From: Antedon mediterranea | Lineage: Eukaryota; Animalia; Echinodermata | DNA length: 64,000 nucleotides | Direction: 5' to 3' | Assembly: GCF_964355755.1 (NCBI RefSeq) | Contig: NC_092672.1 | Coordinates: 3,534,001 to 3,598,000, forward strand | Shown here: positions 35,981 to 50,027 of the stretch, in pieces | How the letters are laid out: every line of letters starts with the position of its first letter | Position numbering within the stretch: the first letter of the stretch is position 1 | Made by a program: the position numbers and the translations under genes | Notes under the pieces: generated by a model | Told to the model about the DNA's origin: nothing | The model's input: only the letters and a program-made list of their open reading frames with translations | Database searches by the model: none

Positions 35981-36323
35981 CGACGCTAAATTTAATAGTT
36001 TATGTAAATGTTTGTCCTTTTTTTAATGTCACTTTTCTACACATGTACGGAACAAATTGTATTTTGTTGGCCTATTATAAAGTGCTATAACTTAAATTAA
36101 ATGCTTAAACAGACACACTGTGTAGGCGCGGATGCTGAAACCTCTGAACATTTCGTCATGTCAAAGGTCAAATGAACAACAATAATGTACGATTTTGATT
36201 CAAGCACACAACAACTTATCGTACACTATCAACATAAATATGTATATCTTTAGCATCGAGTGACTAACAGACAGACTACTGTGGGTAGTCGTCGAGTGCA
36301 GCTTGTTGTTGTAGTGCGTCAAT

Positions 36324-36831
36324 AGGGAGGTTTCGCAACCTTACGAATACGATAACGAAAACGGATACGTCATACATTTGTGAAACTTTTGAGCTGATCC
36401 CCATTTCATATCCGTAAAGCGTATTCGTGTTGACGAATATCACCAGTCATATTCGTAACTACAAAACGAGTATAGTTTTTGATCTATTTTTGCACATTTT
36501 GCATTTGAATCAGGAATGATTCATGATTATAATATAATTATAGATTTATTGAAAGTAATTTACTAAAGTAATTTACTAAAATGCCAAATCAATTTTGATA
36601 AATAGCAGTTTTTAAAGTCCTCACTCGCTTTGATGTTACGGTAGGCCTAGGCAGCCAAGCACCAAGCAACACGTACCTTCGCTTCACTCAAATTTACCGC
36701 AGTCATATTTTGGACGTGCCTCAATATTTCGTTGCCATGCGAAACAGATTTGTGTATGGCTTACGAAAACAATACGTGTGCGTGACGTATCCGTTTTCGT
36801 TATCGTATTCGTAGCGTTGCGAAACCTCCCT
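36324..36831. mobile_element. MITE with ~50-bp TIRs and 3-bp AAT TSD (PIF/Harbinger-ISL2EU group-like)
   Basis: AGGGAGGTTTCGCAAC.TACGAATACGATAACGAAAACGGATACGTCA, with its inverted copy ending at 36831. AAT flanks at 36321-36323 and 36832-36834. Confidence 0.85.
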
Positions 36832-36990
36832 AATATCCTTGCATTTCGACTGTTACAACATTCTACGCAGATTTTGAAGCAGGAAACATTGATCAAAGAT
36901 GTACTCATTCTTGCTGAAAACATCGATATTTTAGGTAAAAATGATGAATTTCGATTCTCTAACATTTTGATTCAAAAACTACATCGTAAA

Positions 36991-37023
36991 ATGATGATGA
37001 TGATGATGATGACGATGATGATA

Positions 37024-37064
<41 letters not shown>

Positions 37065-37097
37065 AATGACGATGATAATGATGATGATGATGATGAT
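36991..37097. repeat. (ATG)n microsatellite, ~35 units
   Basis: Direct reading. The paralogous position (~47028-47040) has only about 4 units. Confidence 0.97.
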
Positions 37098-37289
37098 ACA
37101 CATGGATATCAACAATGCATAATTTGTGTTTCCACGAAAGAGTGACGAGATTGCAAAGTAAAGAGTGGATACTGACGTCACATTATGTTTTTTAGAAACT
37201 TCAGTAAATGAAGGACCTTTAAACATGATTTGTGGCAGTTGTACAGTGTATTATTTTGATATTAAAGTTTTTATTAAAGTCAAATGATC

Positions 37290-40200
37290 TATGCTTGCAA
37301 TCTGTATCATAGTCTACACATTGTATTCGCTGTGTAATCATAATATGATATGTGATTGCAATCTGTATCATAGTCTACATTGTATTCGCTGTGTAATCAT
37401 AATATGATATGTGATTGCAATCTGTATCATAGTCTACATTGTATTCGCTGTGTAATCATAATATGATATGTGATTGCAATCTGTATCATAGTCTACATTG
37501 TATTCGCTGTGTAATCATAATATGATATGTGATTGCAATCTGTATCATAGTCTACATTGTATTTCGCTGTGTAATCATAATATGATATGTGATTGCAATC
37601 TGTATCATAGTCTACATTGTATTCGCTGTGTAATCATAATACGATCTATGATTGCAATCTGTATCATAGTCTACATTGTATTCGCTGTGTAATCATAATA
37701 TGATATGTGATAGCAATCTGTATCATAGTCTACATTGTATTCGCTGTGTAATCATAATATGATATGTGATAGCAATCTGTATCATAGTCCACATTGTATT
37801 CGCTGTGTAATCATAATATGATATGTGATTGCAATCTGTATCATAGTCTACATTGTATTCGCTGTGTAATCATAATATGATCTATGATTGCAATCTGTAT
37901 CGATAGTCTACATTGTATTCGCTGTGTAATCATAATATGATATGTGATTGCAATCTGTATCATAGTCTACATTGTATTCGCTGTGTAATCATAATATGAT
38001 ATGTGATTGCAATCTGTATCGATAGTCTACATTGTATTCGCTGTGTAATCATAATATGATATGTGATTGCAATCTGTATCATAGTCCACATTGTATTCGC
38101 TGTGTAATCATAATATGATATGTGATTGCAATCTGTATCATAGTCTACATTGTATTCGCTGTGTAATCATAATATGATATGTGATAGCAATCTGTATCAT
38201 AGTCTACATTGTATTCGCTGTGTAATCATAATATGATATGTGATTGCAATCTGTATCATAGTCTACATTGTATTCGCTGTGTAATCATAATATGATATGT
38301 GATAGCAATCTGTATCATAGTCCACATTGTATTCGCTGTGTAATCATAATATGATCTATGATTGCAATCTGTATCATAGTCTACATTGTATTCGCTGTGT
38401 AATCATAATATGATATGTGATAGCAATCTGTATCATAGTCTACATTGTATTCGCTGTGTAATCATAATATGATATGTGATTGCAATCTGTATCATAGTCT
38501 ACATTGTATTCGCTGTGTAATCATAATATGATATGTGATAGCAATCTGTATCATAGTCTACATTGTATTCGCTGTGTAATCATAATATGATATGTGATAG
38601 CAATCTGTATCATAGTCTACATTGTATTCGCTGTGTAATCATAATATGATATGTGATTGCAATCTGTATCATAGTCCACATTGTATTCGCTGTGTAATCA
38701 TAATATGATATGTGATTGCAATCTGTATCATAGTCTACATTGTATTCGCTGTGTAATCATAATATGATATGTGATTGCAATCTGTATCATAGTCTACATT
38801 GTATTCGCTGTGTAATCATAATATGATATGTGATTGCAATCTGTATCATAGTCTACATTGTATTCGCTGTGTAATCATAATATGATATGTGATTGCAATC
38901 TGTATCATAGTCCACATTGTATTCGCTGTGTAATCATAATATGATATGTGATTGCAATCTGTATCATAGTCTACATTGTATTCGCTGTGTAATCATAATA
39001 TGATATGTGATAGCAATCTGTATCATAGTCTACATTGTATTCGCTGTGTAATCATAAAATGATATGTGATAGCAATCTGTATCATAGTCTACATTGTATT
39101 CGCTGTGTAATCATAATATGATATGTGATTGCAATCTGTATCATAGTCTACATTGTATTCGCTGTGTAATCATAATATGATATGTGATTGCAATCTGTAT
39201 CATAGTCCACATTGTATTCGCTGTGTAATCATAATATGATATGTGATTGCAATCTGTATCATAGTCTACATTGTATTCGCTGTGTAATCATAATATGATA
39301 TGTGATTGCAATCTGTATCATAGTCTACATTGTATTCGCTGTGTAATCATAATATGATATGTGATTGCAATCTGTATCATAGTCTACATTGTATTCGCTG
39401 TGTAATCATAATATGATATGTGATAGCAATCTGTATCATAGTCTACATTGTATTCGCTGTGTAATCATAATATGATATGTGATTGCAATCTGTATCATAG
39501 TCTACATTGTATTCGCTGTGTAATCATAATATGATATGTGATAGCAATCTGTATCATAGTCTACATTGTATTCGCTGTGTAATCATAATATGATATGTGA
39601 TAGCAATCTGTATCATAGTCTACATTGTATTCGCTGTGTAATCATAATATGATATGTGATTGCAATCTGTATCATAGTCCACATTGTATTCGCTGTGTAA
39701 TCATAATATGATATGTGATAGCAATCTGTATCATAGTCTACATTGTATTCGCTGTGTAATCATAATATGATATGTGATTGCAATCTGTATCATAGTCTAC
39801 ATTGTATTCGCTGTGTAATCATAATATGATATGTGATTGCAATCTGTATCATAGTCTACATTGTATTCGCTGTGTAATCATAATATGATATGTGATTGCA
39901 ATCTGTATCATAGTCTACATTGTATTCGCTGTGTAATCATAATATGATATGTGATAGCAATCTGTATCATAGTCCACATTGTAATCGCTGTGTAATCATA
40001 ATATGATATGTGATAGCAATCTGTATCATAGTCTACATTGTATTCGCTGTGTAATCATAATATGATATGTGATTGCAATCTGTATCATAGTCTACATTGT
40101 ATTCGCTGTGTAATCATAATATGATATGTGATTGCAATCTGTATCATAGTCTACATTGTATTCGCTGTGTAATCATAATATGATATGTGATTGCAATCTG

Positions 40201-43200
40201 TATCATAGTCTACATTGTATTCGCTGTGTAATCATAATATGATATGTGATAGCAATCTGTATCATAGTCTACATTGTATTCGCTGTGTAATCATAATATG
40301 ATATGTGATAGCAATCTGTATCATAGTCTACATTGTATTCGCTGTGTAATCATAATATGATATGTGATTGCAATCTGTATCATAGTCTACATTGTATTCG
40401 CTGTGTAATCATAATATGATATGTGATTGCAATCTGTATCATAGTCTACATTGTATTCGCTGTGTAATCATAATATGATATGTGATAGCAATCTGTATCA
40501 TAGTCTACATTGTATTCGCTGTGTAATCATAATATGATATGTGATAGCAATCTGTATCATAGTCCACATTGTATTCGCTGTGTAATCATAATATGATATG
40601 TGATTGCAATCTGTATCATAGTCTACATTGTATTCGCTGTGTAATCATAATATGATATGTGATAGCAATCTGTATCATAGTCTACATTGTAATCGCTGTG
40701 TAATCATAATATGATATGTGATTGCAATCTGTATCATAGTCTACATTGTATTCGCTGTGTAATCATAATATGATATGTGATTGCAATCTGTATCATAGTC
40801 CACATTGTAATCGCTGTGTAATCATAATATGATATGTGATAGCAATCTGTATCATAGTCTACATTGTATTCGCTGTGTAATCATAATATGATATGTGATT
40901 GCAATCTGTATCATAGTCTACATTGTATTCGCTGTGTAATCATAATATGATATGTGATAGCAATCTGTATCATAGTCTACATTGTATTCGCTGTGTAATC
41001 ATAATATGATATGTGATAGCAATCTGTATCATAGTCCACATTGTATTCGCTGTGTAATCATAATATGATATGTGATAGCAATCTGTATCATAGTCTACAT
41101 TGTATTCGCTGTGTAATCATAATATGATATGTGATTGCAATCTGTATCATAGTCTACATTGTATTCGCTGTGTAATCATAATATGATATGTGATAGCAAT
41201 CTGTATCATAGTCTACATTGTATTCGCTGTGTAATCATAATATGATATGTGATAGCAATCTGTATCATAGTCCACATTGTATTCGCTGTGTAATCATAAT
41301 ATGATATGTGATTGCAATCTGTATCATAGTCCACATTGTAATCGCTGTGTAATCATAATATGATATGTGATAGCAATCTGTATCATAGTCTACATTGTAT
41401 TCGCTGTGTAATCATAATATGATATGTGATTGCAATCTGTATCATAGTCTACATTGTATTCGCTGTGTAATCATAATATGATATGTGATAGCAATCTGTA
41501 TCATAGTCTACATTGTATTCGCTGTGTAATCATAATATGATATATGATTGCAATCTGTATCATAGTCTACATTGTATTCGCTGTGTAATCATAATATGAT
41601 ATGTGATTGCAATCTGTATCATAGTCTACATTGTATTCGCTGTGTAATCATAATATGATATGTGATTGCAATCTGTATCATAGTCTACATTGTATTCGCT
41701 GTGTAATCATAATATGATCTATGATTGCAATCTGTATCATAGTCTACATTGTATTCGCTGTGTAATCATAATATGATATGTGATTGCAATCTGTATCATA
41801 GTCTACATTGTATTCGCTGTGTAATCATAATATGATATGTGATTGCAATCTGTATCATAGTCCACATTGTATTCGCTGTGTAATCATAATATGATATGTG
41901 ATTGCAATCTGTATCATAGTCTACATTGTATTCGCTGTGTAATCATAATATGATCTATGATTGCAATCTGTATCATAGTCTACATTGTATTCGCTGTGTA
42001 ATCATAATATGATATGTGATTGCAATCTGTATCATAGTCTACATTGTATTCGCTGTGTAATCATAATATGATATGTGATTGCAATCTGTATCATAGTCCA
42101 CATTGTATTCGCTGTGTAATCATAATATGATATGTGATTGCAATCTGTATCATAGTCCACATTGTATTCGCTGTGTAATCATAATATGATATGTGATTGC
42201 AATCTGTATCATAGTCTACATTGTATTCGCTGTGTAATCATAATATGATATGTGATTGCAATCTGTATCATAGTCCACATTGTATTCGCTGTGTAATCAT
42301 AATATGATATGTGATTGCAATCTGTATCATAGTCTACATTGTATTCGCTGTGTAATCATAATATGATATGTGATTGCAATCTGTATCATAGTCTACATTG
42401 TATTCGCTGTGTAATCATAATATGATATGTGATTGCAATCTGTATCATAGTCTACATTGTATTCGCTGTGTAATCATAATATGATATGTGATAGCAATCT
42501 GTATCATAGTCTACATTGTATTCGCTGTGTAATCATAATATGATATGTGATAGCAATCTGTATCATAGTCCACATTGTATTCGCTGTGTAATCATAATAT
42601 GATATGTGATTGCAATCTGTATCATAGTCTACATTGTATTCGCTGTGTAATCATAATATGATATGTGATTGCAATCTGTATCATAGTCCACATTGTATTC
42701 GCTGTGTAATCATAATATGATATGTGATAGCAATCTGTATCATAGTCTACATTGTATTCGCTGTGTAATCATAATATGATATATGATTGCAATCTGTATC
42801 ATAGTCCACATTGTATTCGCTGTGTAATCATAATATGATATATGATTGCAATCTGTATCATAGTCTACATTGTATTCGCTGTGTAATCATAATATGATAT
42901 GTGATTGCAATCTGTATCATAGTCTACATTGTAATCGCTGTGTAATCATAATATGATATGTGATTGCAATCTGTATCATAGTCCACATTGTAATCGCTGT
43001 GTAATCATAATATGATATGTGATTGCAATCTGTATCATAGTCCACATTGTATTCGCTGTGTAATCATAATATGATATGTGATTGCAATCTGTATCATAGT
43101 CTACATTGTAATCGCTGTGTAATCATAATATGATATGTGATAGCAATCTGTATCATAGTCTACATTGTATTCGCTGTGTAATCATAATATGATATATGAT

Positions 43201-45600
43201 TGCAATCTGTATCATAGTCTACATTGTATTCGCTGTGTAATCATAATATGATATGTGATAGCAATCTGTATCATAGTCCACATTGTAATCGCTGTGTAAT
43301 CATAATATGATATGTGATAGCAATCTGTATCATAGTCTACATTGTATTCGCTGTGTAATCATAATATGATATGTGATTGCAATCTGTATCATAGTCTACA
43401 TTGTATTCGCTGTGTAATCATAAAATGATATGTGATAGCAATCTGTATCATAGTCTACATTGTATTCGCTGTGTAATCATAATATGATATGTGATAGCAA
43501 TCTGTATCATAGTCTACATTGTATTCGCTGTGTAATCATAATATGATATGTGATTGCAATCTGTATCATAGTCTACATTGTATTCGCTGTGTAATCATAA
43601 TATGATATGTGATAGCAATCTGTATCATAGTCCACATTGTAATCGCTGTGTAATCATAATATGATATGTGATAGCAATCTGTATCATAGTCTACATTGTA
43701 TTCGCTGTGTAATCATAATATGATATGTGATTGCAATCTGTATCATAGTCTACATTGTATTCGCTGTGTAATCATAATATGATATGTGATTGCAATCTGT
43801 ATCATAGTCTACATTGTATTCGCTGTGTAATCATAATATGATATGTGATTGCAATCTGTATCATAGTCTACATTGTATTCGCTGTGTAATCATAATATGA
43901 TATGTGATAGCAATCTGTATCATAGTCTACATTGTATTCGCTGTGTAATCATAATATGATATGTGATAGCAATCTGTATCATAGTCTACATTGTATTCGC
44001 TGTGTAATCATAATATGATATGTGATTGCAATCTGTATCATAGTCTACATTGTATTCGCTGTGTAATCATAATATGATATGTGATTGCAATCTGTATCAT
44101 AGTCTACATTGTATTCGCTGTGTAATCATAATATGATATGTGATAGCAATCTGTATCATAGTCTACATTGTATTCGCTGTGTAATCATAATATGATATGT
44201 GATAGCAATCTGTATCATAGTCCACATTGTATTCGCTGTGTAATCATAATATGATATGTGATTGCAATCTGTATCATAGTCTACATTGTATTCGCTGTGT
44301 AATCATAATATGATATGTGATAGCAATCTGTATCATAGTCTACATTGTAATCGCTGTGTAATCATAATATGATATGTGATTGCAATCTGTATCATAGTCT
44401 ACATTGTATTCGCTGTGTAATCATAATATGATATGTGATTGCAATCTGTATCATAGTCCACATTGTAATCGCTGTGTAATCATAATATGATATGTGATAG
44501 CAATCTGTATCATAGTCTACATTGTATTCGCTGTGTAATCATAATATGATATGTGATTGCAATCTGTATCATAGTCTACATTGTATTCGCTGTGTAATCA
44601 TAATATGATATGTGATAGCAATCTGTATCATAGTCTACATTGTATTCGCTGTGTAATCATAATATGATATGTGATAGCAATCTGTATCATAGTCCACATT
44701 GTATTCGCTGTGTAATCATAATATGATATGTGATAGCAATCTGTATCATAGTCTACATTGTATTCGCTGTGTAATCATAATATGATATGTGATTGCAATC
44801 TGTATCATAGTCTACATTGTATTCGCTGTGTAATCATAATATGATATGTGATAGCAATCTGTATCATAGTCTACATTGTATTCGCTGTGTAATCATAATA
44901 TGATATGTGATAGCAATCTGTATCATAGTCCACATTGTATTCGCTGTGTAATCATAATATGATATGTGATTGCAATCTGTATCATAGTCCACATTGTAAT
45001 CGCTGTGTAATCATAATATGATATGTGATAGCAATCTGTATCATAGTCTACATTGTATTCGCTGTGTAATCATAATATGATATGTGATTGCAATCTGTAT
45101 CATAGTCTACATTGTATTCGCTGTGTAATCATAATATGATATGTGATAGCAATCTGTATCATAGTCTACATTGTATTCGCTGTGTAATCATAATATGATA
45201 TATGATTGCAATCTGTATCATAGTCTACATTGTATTCGCTGTGTAATCATAATATGATATGTGATTGCAATCTGTATCATAGTCTACATTGTATTCGCTG
45301 TGTAATCATAATATGATATGTGATTGCAATCTGTATCATAGTCTACATTGTATTCGCTGTGTAATCATAATATGATATGTGATAGCAATCTGTATCATAG
45401 TCTACATTGTATTCGCTGTGTAATCATAATATGATATATGATTGCAATCTGTATCATAGTCTACATTGTATTCGCTGTGTAATCATAATATGATATGTGA
45501 TAGCAATCTGTATCATAGTCTACATTGTATTCGCTGTGTAATCATAATATGATATGTGATTGCAATCTGTATCATAGTCTACATTGTATTTCGCTGTGTG
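37290..45600. repeat. 59-bp tandem satellite, ~141 copies
   Basis: Unit TGA(T)(T/A)GCAATCTGTATCATAGTC(T/C)ACATTGTATTCGCTGTGTAATCATAATATGATATG; period checked at 37321/37380. Confidence 0.98.
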
Positions 45601-45992
45601 AATCGTTATTGAGTTGTTTTTCTTCTCGTTACGTCACAATGTGTTCTTGTTACGAGCACGCTATAAGGAAGTTATCAAAACGATCTCCCTTCCGATCTCT
45701 TTCCTTATAAATCCAAACTGGCAGAATGTTGTCTTTTTGGTGAAGGAAATAAAACTAATATTTAAAAGAAAAATGAAACAAATTCCAAGATCAGAACTTC
45801 AGATTATTATTACATCTCACGCATAGAGGCCTATCATAACATAAGAAAGTTAAGCACAATATTATCTTATAGCCATCTTGTTTATAATAGATAACATTTC
45901 TCAACTTAATTGTTTTCTGATTTACTTGTTTACAACAGTGTTTATAAGAATAAATGTGCAATAAAATATTCTATTTATCAATATTTTCCTAA

Positions 45993-46131
45993 AGCTCTGT
46001 CCACACTATCAAACTAGTTTGACAAAAAAATGGTGATGTGCCCAAATATGGAAGTGATATGACATCATCGTGTCCATATATGGGCACATCACATTTGTTG
46101 TCACATACAATTTGATAGTGTAGACAGAGCT
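45993..46131. mobile_element. 139-bp Tourist/PIF-Harbinger-like MITE
   Basis: TIR AGCTCTGTC(C/T)ACACTATCAAA. TAA TSD at 45990-45992 and 46132-46134. Empty site TTTTC-TAA-GAAGCA in the paralog at ~47695-47708. Confidence 0.9.
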
Positions 46132-46596
46132 TAAGAAGCAGAGCATTACAGACTACTGAGGATCAATGATCAGGTTTCATGTGTAAATCCACCTCTTTGT
46201 TTACCTCACAATTGTTTTTGCAAAGAACGTTACACAGAATCGATGGAATAGAAAAAAGAACCAAACATCTATCCCATTAGTATTGACGTAACGTTTTGCC
46301 TCCCCACAGTGTTGTCTGCCTATAAGCGAGGTACAAATTGTTTCCTATACATTAGAAAGGCATTCTGCAACTGACTTAGTATTTTGCGGCATAGGCCTAC
46401 ATACCTTGACCCTTTAAAAAAAACATTTATGTTGCAGTCGCTTCATTTTTCAAACTTGTTATATAATAATATTACTCATGCATCATAAAGGCCAATTTAC
46501 ACAGACGGTAACGATAATGAAAATATAGCATCTATGTTATTCCTTATGACCGTTTACACACAACGCGGAGCGGACGGACGGTTTCCGCGCGCTCAT

Positions 46597-46737
46597 GATA
46601 GATACAGATTCTACGTGGGACAAGCTACGCGGTATTCCGCTCAGGATAGATACAGATTCTACGTGGGACAAGCTACGCGGTATTCCGCTCAGGATAAATA
46701 CAGATTCTACGTGGGACAAGCTACGCGGTATTCCGCT
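46597..46737. repeat. 48-bp tandem repeat, 3 copies
   Basis: GATAGATACAGATTCTACGTGGGACAAGCTACGCGGTATTCCGCTCAG repeated three times. Confidence 0.95.
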
Positions 46738-46979
46738 TACCGTCTGTGTTGGCCTTTATTGTTTTGTCAATACACATTACTCTTTTCGATTGGCGTGCCA
46801 TACATTACCCATGTAGAGAATGCACCTTGAAGAAAATAGTAATCCAAGTTCTCAAGTTCACTTTTATGTTCTTAATTGAATATATACTATGTATTTATCA
46901 ACATTAATGTTTCTCGTTATGAGTAGGGATTTAGACAACATTTATGGAAAAACGTTGATATTATAGTAAAGTTTATTTT

Positions 46980-47745
46980 CGGTAAAATGGTGAATTTAAT
47001 CTAATATTTCGATTAAACACTATTACATGATGATGATGACGCACGCGCACATGTATTAATAATAGCATAATTTGTGTTTCCACGAAAAAAGAATGTTTAG
47101 GCCTAAATAGAGGGCGTCAATCTTGAATAAGGCAGGTCAAAGCTTGCGTCTACGGTCCGTTTTAAGTGTAAACATGCAACGCATTAAGATGAAACATCCA
47201 CGCCTTAATAACCTAGATTTGAACATTAGTAGGCCTACAGAGCTTGATGATTTAGATTTTGACGAGATTGCGAAAGTATTAAAAGAGTGAGCACTGACGT
47301 CACATTAGGTTTTAAAAACTTCAATAATGGAGGACCTTTTAAACACATGCATTTGTGGAAGTTGTATAAACATTGTTTTAATTGTGTTAATTATAATAAT
47401 ATTAACGTTTTATTAAAGTCAAAATTATATGAGATTTCAATCTGTATCATTATTGCATTATTTCGCTGTGTAACCGTTATTGAGTTGTTTTTCTTCTCGT
47501 TATACGCCACAATAGGTTCTTGTTACCATCGCGATATGAGGAAGTTATCAAAACGATCTCTTTTCCGATCTCTTTCCTTATAAACCATAACCGGCAGAAT
47601 GTTGTCTTTCTGGTGAAGCAAATAGATCTAATATTACCTATATTTGTCTATAAGAATCAATGTGCAATAATCATTACGGTTCTATTTATCAATATTTTCT
47701 AAGAAGCAAAACATACCGGGCCTGTAACTATGTTGAGGATCATGC
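46980..47745. repeat. Local diverged duplicate of ~36930-37300 plus 45590-46180, lacking the satellite and the MITE
   Basis: Shared blocks TAATTTGTGTTTCCACGAAA (37121/47069), ACTGACGTCACATTA, TTTTATTAAAGTCAAA, CGTTATTGAGTTGTTTT, and GGAAGTTATCAAAACGATCTC..TCCGATCTCTTTCCTTATAAA. Confidence 0.85.
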
Positions 47746-47760
47746 GATGGTCATTGCATT

Positions 47761-48110
47761 TTGGTTGTACTCGCGCACAGTGATAATGAATAGGATATGA
47801 TTAAAACCAGTGAGAAGCTTACCACTGTGCGCTATTATACCCATGTTGGTTGTACACGCGCACAGTGATAATGAATAGGATACGATTAAAATCAGTGAGA
47901 AGCTTACCACTGTGTGCTACTATACCCATGTTGGTTGTACACGCACAGTGATAATGAATAGGATACGATTAAAATCAGTGAGAAGCTTACCACTGTGTGC
48001 TACTATACCCATCTTGGTTGGACTCGCGCACATGGATTAATGAATAGGATACGAATAAAATCAGTGAGAAGTTTAGCACTGTGCGCTAATTAATACCAAT
48101 CTTGGTTTAA
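47761..48110. repeat. ~85-bp tandem repeat, 4 copies
   Basis: TTGGTTGTAC..GCACAGTGATAATGAATAGGATA.GATTAAAA.CAGTGAGAAGCTTACCACTGTG recurs at 47761, 47846, 47931 and ~48014. Confidence 0.93.
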
Positions 48111-48599
48111 TACTATAGCGAACAGTAAAATGAATATGTCTGAATCCACCCCTTTCTTTACTCTACCTAGAACAATTGATCGATGGAGTATAGATTCCAC
48201 ACGAAAAATAACGCGAAATAATAACACGCGAAAACAAATAATGTTACTACGCGAAAAAATTAATAATTATTATAGCAATTTTGTTTCTTCTCATGCCTAT
48301 TGATTTTGAATATCACAATACGTTTTATTTGGCATCTGATTTGACTCTGGATCCTCCCTAAACAAAATACTTACCTTTTAGTTCGAGTGTCAATCATTTT
48401 ATATTTTATTATGTTGCCGCATACAAAATGTTGTATTTTTGTTTAAATTAATTGAAGCTGAAGTTTTCAAGATTTTTCAAGAGCATTTATTTTTACAAGA
48501 TTGACAATATAAAAATACTGAACATTGTGATTATGATTAAAACATTTAAAAATAATTGATTAGGTTTAATTAAATTGTTTATTAATGGTAACATGATTG

Positions 48600-49118
48600 C
48601 ATCAACATGCGCATAACATATTACTGTGCGTCACTCTTGGGTCATCATCAACATGAGTATAACATATTACTGTACGTCACTCTTGGGTCATCATCAACAT
48701 GAGTATAACATATTACTGTGCGTCACTCTTGGGTCATCATCAACATGAGTATAACATATTACTGTGCGTCACTCTTGGGTTATCATCAACATGAGTATAA
48801 CATATTACTGTACGTCACTCTTGGGTCATCATCAACATGAGTATAACATATTACTGTACGTCACTCTTGGGTCATCATCAACATGAGTATAACATATTAC
48901 TGTACGTCACTCTTGGGTCATCATCAACATGAGTATAACATATTACTGTGCGTCACTCCTGGGTCATCATCAACATGAGTATAACATATTACTGTACGTC
49001 ACTCTTGGGTCATCATCAACATGAGTATAACATATTACTGTGCGTCACTCTTGGGTTATCATCAATATAGTACTGACATATTACTGTGCGTCACGCTTGG
49101 GTTATCATCAATATAGTA
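48600..49118. repeat. 46-bp tandem repeat, ~11 copies
   Basis: Unit CATCAACATGAGTATAACATATTACTGT(A/G)CGTCACTCTTGGGTCAT. Confidence 0.96.
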
Positions 49119-49914
49119 CCGTACTGCATAATAATTTAATGATGAAAATATCGAATTTTTAACATTTGAAATTAAAATTTGGTCCTTTTTAAATTCTGTT
49201 CGATGTTACCATAACAACTCGTGCATGTAGAGAATATAACGAAAACACACATGATCCTCGATTTAAATGTATAATATCAATATATATTTGACAAGAATGA
49301 CATTTGTACATCAGTTAAACTCAGGAATTACAGTATCGTAACAATTAAAAAAATAAAAATCTCTCAATTAATGAGAGATAGGCCTAGGCTACTGTCTATA
49401 AATTTATAGTAGAAAATAACGATGACCAGGTTGATCGACATTGCAGTAGTAACAATATCAAAGAGAAGACAATAATTCAATGTTTATTAAAAAAATAATT
49501 AAAATGAGAAAGTTGGACAGTCAAAATACTGAAGACATTTTCCGATTATTATACGATGATATACTACCAATATACTACTATAATCTTTTGTCTGAATGTG
49601 GAACCATTCGGCCATATTGATTTAGTTTGCAACTTGCATTTAAAAATCAAGATAATTTTGGCTATTTTCATTTTTAAACTATGAACATATTGTTATTTGA
49701 GAGACATGTTTTAAACTACTTATTATTTCTACATAATTTTATATCCACTAAAAGTGGGCCGATTCATCTCAGGGCCCGGAATCGTCCTGGACAGGATGCA
49801 GACAGCAGATAAGAGCTCAACGCACTAATATTTCAAGCTGTAAAATGTCTCATTAGCAAGTTAGTATAAACAAAATTAAATTTGTTTTGTTTCTTAACCC
49901 GGACTTATTGAGTG

Positions 49915-50027
49915 AGTGAGTTACCGAGCGGTTAAGACAGTCATAACGTCAGCAAAGCTTCGAGGCGGCTCCCTTGCTCTAGTTCTGGCGGTAGAACGAG
50001 TCTTCTCGGATAAGGACTATAAACCGG
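49915..50027 (+). mobile_element. Truncated tRNA-derived SINE-like fragment
   Basis: A-box-like TTACCGAGCGGTTAAG, and GTCTTCTCGGATAAGGACTATAAACCG resembling the conserved central (Deu/Nin-type) SINE domain as recalled from memory. No B box was seen. Confidence 0.4.

Noticed and set aside
36778-37226. Poly-Met and poly-Ile ORFs
   Set aside because: They come from the (ATG)n microsatellite plus a MITE end.
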